Assembly: GCA_965215125.1 (NCBI GenBank)
Contig: OZ244052.1
Coordinates: 704,001-768,000, forward strand
DNA: 64,000 nucleotides
From: an uncultured candidatus Porisulfidus sp.
GTDB lineage: Bacteria > Pseudomonadota > Gammaproteobacteria > Poriferisulfidales > Oxydemutatoraceae
Reading direction: 5' to 3'
Each line of letters begins with the position of its first letter. The stretch's first letter is position 1. Of the stretch, positions 63,384 through 64,000 are shown piece after piece. The notes beneath the pieces were generated by a model, which did no database searches, was not told the DNA's origin, and saw only the letters and a program-made list of their open reading frames with translations. The position numbers and the translations under genes were made by a program.

Positions 63384-64000
63384 GTTAAAGCTAGCAGAAA
63401 ATTGGACCTTGGATCACATTGTGCATTTTGACGACATCTTAGATGTACGTTCACCTGCGGAGTACGCGCTCGACCACCTGCCTCGGGCACTCAATTTCCC
63501 GGTGCTGGACGATGAAGAACGTTCACGCGTAGGCATATTATATAAAAAAGTCTCCGGCTTCGAGGCTAAAAAGCAAGGTGCCGCTTTAGTGGCATCGCAT
63601 ATTGCATCGCACATAGAAAAGCATTTTGCCGACAAAACCGAAAGCTGGCAACCTTTAGTCTACTGTTGGCGCGGCGGCACCCGCAGCGCGGCGATGGTGC
63701 AGGTTCTAAACGACATAGGTTGGCAAGCGCAACAGCTACCCGGCGGCTACAAAGCGTATCGGCGTAGGGTGATAGAGACAATTGCCGAACTTGCTCCCCG
63801 ATTACGCTTTGTCGTGCTGTGCGGAAAAACAGGTGTCGGCAAAACACGATTGCTAGAGGCTTTGTGTAAGCATAGAAAACAGATACTGGACTTAGAAAAA
63901 ATCGCAAACCACAAGGGTTCGGTACTCGGCGAACCAACGCAAGGAGAACAACCTTCGCAAAAATTTTTTGAAAGCACGTTGTGTCATACAATCAGAGCTT
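63382..64000 (+). CDS. mnmH: tRNA 2-selenouridine synthase, 3' truncated (absent from the ORF track)
   Basis: Manual translation: MLKLAENW...ILDVRSPAEYALDHLPRALNFPVLDDEERSRVGILYK...VYCWRGGTRS...GGYKAYR...GKTGVGKT...DLEKIANHKGSVLG. Confidence 0.93.
   Translation, partial: MLKLAENWTLDHIVHFDDILDVRSPAEYALDHLPRALNFPVLDDEERSRVGILYKKVSGFEAKKQGAALVASHIASHIEKHFADKTESWQPLVYCWRGGTRSAAMVQVLNDIGWQAQQLPGGYKAYRRRVIETIAELAPRLRFVVLCGKTGVGKTRLLEALCKHRKQILDLEKIANHKGSVLGEPTQGEQPSQKFFESTLCHTIRA

Noticed and set aside
63414-63991. Minus-strand ORFs at the window end
   Set aside because: They are antisense shadows of mnmH, which the track missed because its stop lies outside the window.

Overview
Chromosomal window of a gammaproteobacterium (inferred from gene content and order). 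Most of it is housekeeping: rimK, tRNA-Lys, pntAB, an algZ/algR-like pair, pal, a full mraZ-ftsZ cell-division cluster, ftsY-ftsE, M16 peptidases, rsmD, argJ, secA, lpxC, kdkA/waaA, tolC, thiC, nadA, selD and mnmH. Many intergenic gaps hold mosaics of REP-like hairpins and MITE-like modules. The main result is an IS110-family element (about 59826-62299) inserted at a CA core in a GTAG-type REP hairpin. Its ends would form a 17-bp-spaced sigma70 promoter on circularisation. Its left non-coding end folds, by eye, into a bridge-RNA-like pair of loops whose guide segments match the target REP and the donor junction. Its recombinase gene is split by an IS481-family element with a 5-bp target duplication, and removing that element restores an intact 324-aa frame. 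Other oddities are a DUF692/DUF2063/DoxX cluster with no visible precursor peptide, an SCO + di-heme peroxidase pair without its usual partner enzyme, ftsE without ftsX, lpxC separated from ftsZ, and selD/mnmH arranged head-to-head with overlapping start codons. All calls come from manual reading; no searches or folding programs were run.
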